Assembly: GCA_965645245.1 (NCBI GenBank)
Contig: OZ287084.1
Location: 1,488,001-1,552,000 of the forward strand
Length of the DNA: 64,000 nucleotides
From: Massalongia carnosa
Lineage: Eukaryota
Reading direction: 5' to 3'
Position numbers and translations under genes: made by a program
The notes under the pieces: model-generated
What the model saw: the letters and a program-made list of their open reading frames with translations, nothing else
What the model was told of the DNA's origin: nothing
Database searches by the model: none
Part shown: one piece after another, positions 58,072 through 64,000 of the stretch
Position numbering within the stretch: the stretch's first letter is position 1
Layout of the letters: each line of letters begins with the position of its first letter

Positions 58072-60563
58072 ATGTAACCGTGCGACCGAGGTAAATCCGA
58101 TGGACCGCACCCGGAGCTACGCTCCAGGTGCGGCTCACCTCCATGACGCATTTCTCAAACTATTTACATTATATCCATTGATTGACCCTTTCAAAATGAA
58201 GCTATTCAAAATCAAAGGCTGACGTTCATCTATCCAGCTTTCGGCCTTTCCACCCACCAAGCCAAACCGTTTAGCTATCGCTTTTCCATAGATAAATATT
58301 TTCTTTTGTCTAGCCGTCTCAGCACGCTTTTGACGACCCTCCTCCCTTTCCACCTCTTCTTGGGTACGATGTAGGTGATTTTGCCTCACATCTCGAACGG
58401 TAACGATTCCTCCCTTCTGAACAACGGTGCCAGCAAGCTTTTTTAGGGCCCTTTCAGCTAATGCAGCTGTGTGTGTGGCTTACAAGTCGCGTTGCGTCAA
58501 TTCTAGTAAATTACCCGTGCAGCTTAGGCGCACCCAGTCGTCCCGCCTGAGTGCTGCACAATCACCGAGCAGTTTCAATCACCGAGCACTTTTTTCCCAA
58601 CTTTTATTCCTTCACCTTTGAAATTCCCCCCCCCCCACCATCATGTCTTCCAACTGTAAGGAAATTGAGACTCGAATTCAGGAGGCCATTCAACATCTAA
58701 AAAAAAATCCTCGTGCGAAACGCGCGAAAGTGGCGCGTGATTTTAACGTGCCCATAGGTCGGCTTCGTTCCAGGCTCGAAAACAAGCCATCCGCGTCTTC
58801 TATTCGTGGAATACATAGAAGACGTTAACACCCGAGCAAGACCTTACTTTAGAGCTATACTTACGACAATTGATCAAATTAGGCCTTCATCCACGTCTCC
58901 GACTGGTGGAAAGAGCTGCAAATAAGCTACTATTGCAGGATTGTGACCAATCGAATCCTCCGCCCCCACTAAGTCATGCATGGTCAAAAAGATGGATGGA
59001 TCGATTTCCCGACTTTCAGAAAGTTAAAAGAAAGCCTCTTGCAGCTGTACGAAAGAATGCGGAGGATCCGGAGGTCATAGAGCGCTATTTTGATCAATTT
59101 ATACAGCAGGTTAGGGAGCATGGGATATGCGAAGAAGATGTTTGGAATTTTAATGAGACGGGCTTTCGAATGGGCATTGCACGATCGGATTGGGTTATTA
59201 CTTCTATATCCGAGAATGATAAGCACTCCATTAGATCAAAAGATCCGGACAATCGTGAGAGTTTAACCTCCATTGAGTCCATCAATGGTGCAGGCGGCTC
59301 CATTCCATCTTTTCTCATTTTGACAGGAATGATGATCATGAATTCTTGGTCAAACAATGATCTAAACGAGGACGTGGTTTTGTCTACGGCCGAGACGGGT
59401 TATTCGAATGATTGGTTGTCATTGAAATGGCTGAAGCACTTTGATACTCATTCAATCAAGACTCGAAAGGGGGCATACCGACTTCTTCTGATGGATGGAT
59501 ACGGATCGCATCATACCGTTGAATTCATTGAATATTGCAATGAGGCCAAGATAATTCCATTTGGTCTGCCCGCCCATACCACGCATCTGCTACAGCCATT
59601 GGACGTCGTCGTTTTTCAGCCCCTGAAATATTGGCATTCTGAAGCGGTTAAAGAAGCTATGGCTCAGGGGGATGAGACATTTACCAAAGTGGAATTTCTG
59701 AATGCATTTAACTCTTTTCGAAAGAAAACCTTCAAAAGATCGACCGTTTTGTCTGCATGGAGACAGGTAGGGCTTATTCCATTTAATCCATCTATTGTAT
59801 TGGACAAGCTGCCCAAGCGGAAACTCTTTTCGGAATTTTCTAGCCCACCTCGTCATCCCGATGAGGCATACGAAGCTGCATTTAGTACTCCTCGAAATTT
59901 TCAGGAGTTAAAAGAGACTTCGTACAACATTGAGTCCGTTTATCCTGATGCCATGAATTTACATAAATTCATGAAAGGGGCATTAGCTGTAGCTAGAAAA
60001 GACGAGCTTATTGTCGATCAACTAGCTCATACAAAGGCAGCTGAAAATGCTCGTAGAATAAGGGCCAATCAGACAAAGCGTGTCATTCAAAAAGGAGGGG
60101 TTATTCGCGTGGAAGACTGCAGAAAGATGACGTCGGAGCGAATGGAGGAGGAGAATCGATTGGAGACAACGCGCCAAAACAAGCTAATACTCAACCAACG
60201 AAAGAGATGGGGGCCAGTAATGAGAGAATTGACTCGAAAGACACCATACTACATTCAGGGCGGGTCATATGCCTTTTCATGTAAATAAATCGTGATCAAT
60301 TGATGGTTGTAGGTGAGATGGTGGAAAAAAGTGCTCGGTGATTGTGAAGCACTCAGGCGGGACGACTGGGTGCGCCTAAGCTGCACGGGTAGCGTTTGCA
60401 ACCGACCCTTTGATAAAACGTCGCATTCTTTCTGGAGTAATTTCTTCATTATTATTCATTCGCAGAATAATGTTTTCCCCTTCCTTAGCAACGGCTTTGG
60501 GCTTTTTGGGGGTATGAGGTAGGATTATTGTCTCCGAAGATGATATTGGTAGTGGTGGTAATG
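58072..60563 (-). mobile_element. pogo/Fot1-like transposon 3' remnant interrupted by a younger pogo
   Basis: PHTPKK..RRFIKGSVANA | ..VVQKGGIVTVRD continues across the insert; TIR-like end near 58072; cut by an LTR at 60564. Confidence 0.65.
58514..60389 (+). mobile_element. pogo/Fot1-like DNA transposon, full length, single frameshift
   Basis: About 58-bp TIRs cccgtgcagcttaggcgcacccagtcgtcc..., TA on both sides; ORFs 58643-58828 and 58870-60288 (WNFNETGF with D>N, LMDGYGSH, LQPLDV). Confidence 0.93.
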
Positions 60564-63500
60564 TGTCAGGACCTGCCATAGAGACTACGGAGAAGGATAC
60601 GGAAAAGGGGCATCAGCATGGACTCGGCCGCCGAACCCGGCCCGACCCTAATGGGCTGATTCCGCTGTCGGCCACATGCCGTCTCAGGGGGACGGCTGGC
60701 GAGGGGGACGGCTAGAAACCCATGTCGGATGGCACTAACCGCCCAAAGGGGCCGGGAGCCATTTGGACCAATCAGATAGCTGGGGGCTATCCGATAAGGG
60801 AGTCTTAGGGGGAGACACGTCTGTAGGATAAAGAGGTCGATCGCCCACCTTATTCTAAGGGCATAGATCAATAACATACATTATTGAGACACCCCCTTCA
60901 CGTGACCAACACGCCCTCTGAGTAGAAGCATACGTCTTACACTTTGATCTATCCAACCTTCTAGGGAGCCCGTTGGTCATTCCTCATTACCTCGACATTT
61001 CAACCTATGGTATTAACTAGATCGCAAATGTCTTCGTCCACCGCTTCCGGGGCGAACCCGACACCTAACCCGGACGAGACCCTAATTTCCGCCACCATGG
61101 CAGACATGCAGCGAGAAGTTGAGGCCATTGAGGCTGAACGGAAGCAGGCGCACCTAGCCAAAACGCTGGAGGACCTGAAGAAGGAAAAGGCCGCCGGCTT
61201 CCCCACTCTCACGGATCGAACCAAACCCGTCGACCCGCTGGCCCTGGAAAGGTCTCTTCGTTCCGTAGACCCGACGACCTACGCCGGCGACAATCAGCGG
61301 ACGTTTGACACATTCCTACGTGACTGCAAGAGAAATTTTCTGCAGAAGCCAGTCACATACGAATCGCCCTCGGCACAGGTCCTCTACGCCGAGAACTATC
61401 TATCCGGAGCCCCTGCCGACGATTGGCACCGTGAGAAGGAAGCGACGACGAAGGCGGCGGAAGGTGAGCTCACATAGAAAATCTTTGCTGACTTCCTCCA
61501 GGAAAAGCTCAAACCGAAGCATCTACGCTTGATGGATCTGGGGGGACAACTGAAGAAGTTACGCCAATTCCAGGGGCAGACCGTGTCCGATTTTGTCACA
61601 TATCTGGAAAGCCTAGAAGCTCAACTCCCCGAACCCCCCACGGAAATGCAGAAGCATTCCAACCTCCTACACAGCGTGCACGACTACTTGAAGACGGCTG
61701 TGATCCGGGCGGGTAGTCAGGGGACGACCAGGGCGGAACTGGTCGAGGCGGTGAGGATTGCGGAAAGGGTTGAGCCAAAACCCGATGGATGGAAGAAGAC
61801 TTTCAATAAAAGCCGGAATCAAAATCGAAACAATCAATCTTCCTCAACCCCCAAACCTGAAGAAGATGGACCCGCTGACGCTCCACAGGCACCCGTGATT
61901 AATCCGAACCACCAATCAAACAAAAGAAAGCTGGATGATCAGGAAGATCAGCAAGATCAAGAAGCCCCGCCCCCTACGAGACCAAAAGGAAATCGGTCGG
62001 ATAAGGATTGCTGGAACTGCGGGAAAATGGGGCACCTTCAATTCGAATGTCGGTCCCGGCCGTCGCCGCGGGGATCGTCCCGCCGGCCGGGAAAAGGTCG
62101 GGGCCAATAGACGTTGCCTCCGTCGTATTGGCCCGGCAAATGAGGAAATCCCCATGCCGCCACCTCTTCTCAACGGTTTTCCTATATTACGACAACAGTC
62201 AGCATCGTGTCCGAGCAATGATCGACTGCGGAGCAACTTGGAACCTTATCGCTCAAACCTGGCTAAATGAGGTAGGTGTTCGAGATCCTCCCGGCTCCCC
62301 TCCACCATCTGGGTTGAAAACTCTCGATGGAACCCCCTTCCAGACTTATTTTGATCATGCCCTGCGCGTCGGGGTTGTTGATGACAATGGTCTTGAGCGA
62401 GTGGCCGAGCAGGCATTCGTCGCGTCAGACATGTATGGGGTGGACATGATCCTGGGCTTGCCCTGGTTGGGTCATGCCAATCCATCCATCGGCTGGCGCG
62501 AAAGGAGGATAATCCATGAAAGCCACCTCATCGAGGGTGAAGTACGAGATGACCTGCCAGGGGAACGTCCCGGGGTCACTGTAGGCGATGAGGAAACCCC
62601 TCATCGAAGTAGTAATCTCCCAGTAGTGGCAATGGTGAGTGAGCAGGAGATCTTTGACATCTGCGAATGCGAGGGCGTCGACGCATTCCTAATAGACATT
62701 CGGGAAATGCTCGGTGGGAGCCCGGAGTCGGAGTCAATAGTTGGTGCCATCTCTACGTCTAGCAATAAACTTCTGCCTCTGTATCAATCCTACAGTGACG
62801 TCTGCTCCAATGAAAAAGCTTCAGTGCTACCAGAACGAGGGCCCCACGACCATAAAATCAATCTGGAAGGCGAACCACCCCCGACCCGAGCCATGTATAA
62901 CCTCTCCCTCACCGAACTAGAAACCCTAAAAGACTACATCGACGACAACCTGGCAAAAGGGTATATTACCCATAGCACCTCACGACTAGGCGCGCCCATC
63001 CTATTCACCAAGAAGAAAGATGGTAGTCTACGTCTCTGTGTCGATTATCGGGCCCTAAATGCTGCTACGATTAAGAATAAGTACCCTCTACCCCTGATCT
63101 AGGGGCTGTTCGACATCGTCAGCGGGTCGGCTATCTACACTAAGTTGGATTTGAGGGACGCATACAACACCCTCCGAATCGCCGCCGGGGACGAATGGAA
63201 GACGGCCTTCAGATGTAGATATGGCCATTTTGAGTATAGAGTCATGCCCTTCGGACTGGTCAATGCCCCCGCCTCCTTTCAAGCGTTCATTCACGAGGTG
63301 TTGAAAGAGAATCTCGACCAGTTCGTAGTAGTATATCTTGACGACATCCTCATCTTCTCCAAGACGGAAGAGGAGCATTCGGGCCACGTTCGATGGGTTC
63401 TGGATCAATTGCGGAAATGGAAACTACACGCAAAGTTATCGAAATGCATCTTCCACGCGTACGAGCTGGACTTCCTGGGCTACATACTCTCCCGAAAAGG

Positions 63501-64000
63501 CATCGCCATGGACCCAGGACGAATTTTTACGGTGACGCAATGGCCGGAGCCGAAATCTCATTGAGAAGTTCAAGTCTTTCTTGGATTCGCCAACTTCTAT
63601 AGACGCTTCATCAAAGGATTCTCGCGCATAGTGGCGCCAATCACTTCCTTGCTGAAAGGTGGGGACAAAGGCCGTTTCCGGGGGAAGTTCGTGTGGACGG
63701 ACAAGGCAAAGGGGGCTTTTGAGGCGTTAAAAATCGCGTTCACTAGCGCCTCAATGTTGCTACATTTCGATCCTGCAAGGCGTATTAAGCTCGAGACGGA
63801 TGCGTCAGATTTCGCCCTATCAGGAATCCTCAGTCAACTAGTCGAAGAAACGGGCCAATGGCACCCGATCGCCTTCTGGTCCCGGAAAATGACCCCTGCA
63901 GAAATCAATTATGGGGTCGGGGAGAAGGAAATGTTAGCAATCGTGGAAGCGTGCAAAAATTGGAGACACTATCTTGAAGGGGCAAACTTCCCCGTCAAAG
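60564..64000 (+). mobile_element. Ty3/Gypsy element 5' part (LTR 60564-60941, gag 61007-62110, pol running off the window), degenerate
   Basis: [30 protein letters not shown]; stops at 61475, 63100 and 63562; GGGAAAA at about 62089-62095. Confidence 0.92.

Noticed and set aside
1..64000. Starship element
   Set aside because: No DUF3435 captain recombinase or recognisable boundary is in the window; it cannot be excluded at larger scale.

Overview
Transposon-dense region of a filamentous ascomycete (Pezizomycotina-type short GT-AG introns with CTRAC branch sites; no bacterial features, CRISPR array or RNA gene seen). Most of the window is nested mobile DNA: six Ty3/Gypsy elements or fragments (one intact with identical LTRs), several solo LTRs, Tad1-like LINE fragments, two Tc1-like, three pogo/Fot1-like, one Mutator and one piggyBac DNA transposon, and probable DIRS/Ngaro fragments. 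Host-type genes are an intact 3-exon PD-(D/E)XK-like nuclease, a second nuclease-like pseudogene, a divergent glutamate-cysteine ligase pseudogene, one broken and one probably intact MFS transporter, and an intact 2OG-Fe(II) dioxygenase; the last four may be relics of a small gamma-glutamyl/amino-acid-tailoring cluster. Other signals are a perfect 14x17-bp array equal to an LTR-like terminus, -1 frameshift pseudoknots, self-priming PBSs and TG...TA LTR ends. All calls come from reading the sequence by eye; family assignments are from recalled motifs, not searches.
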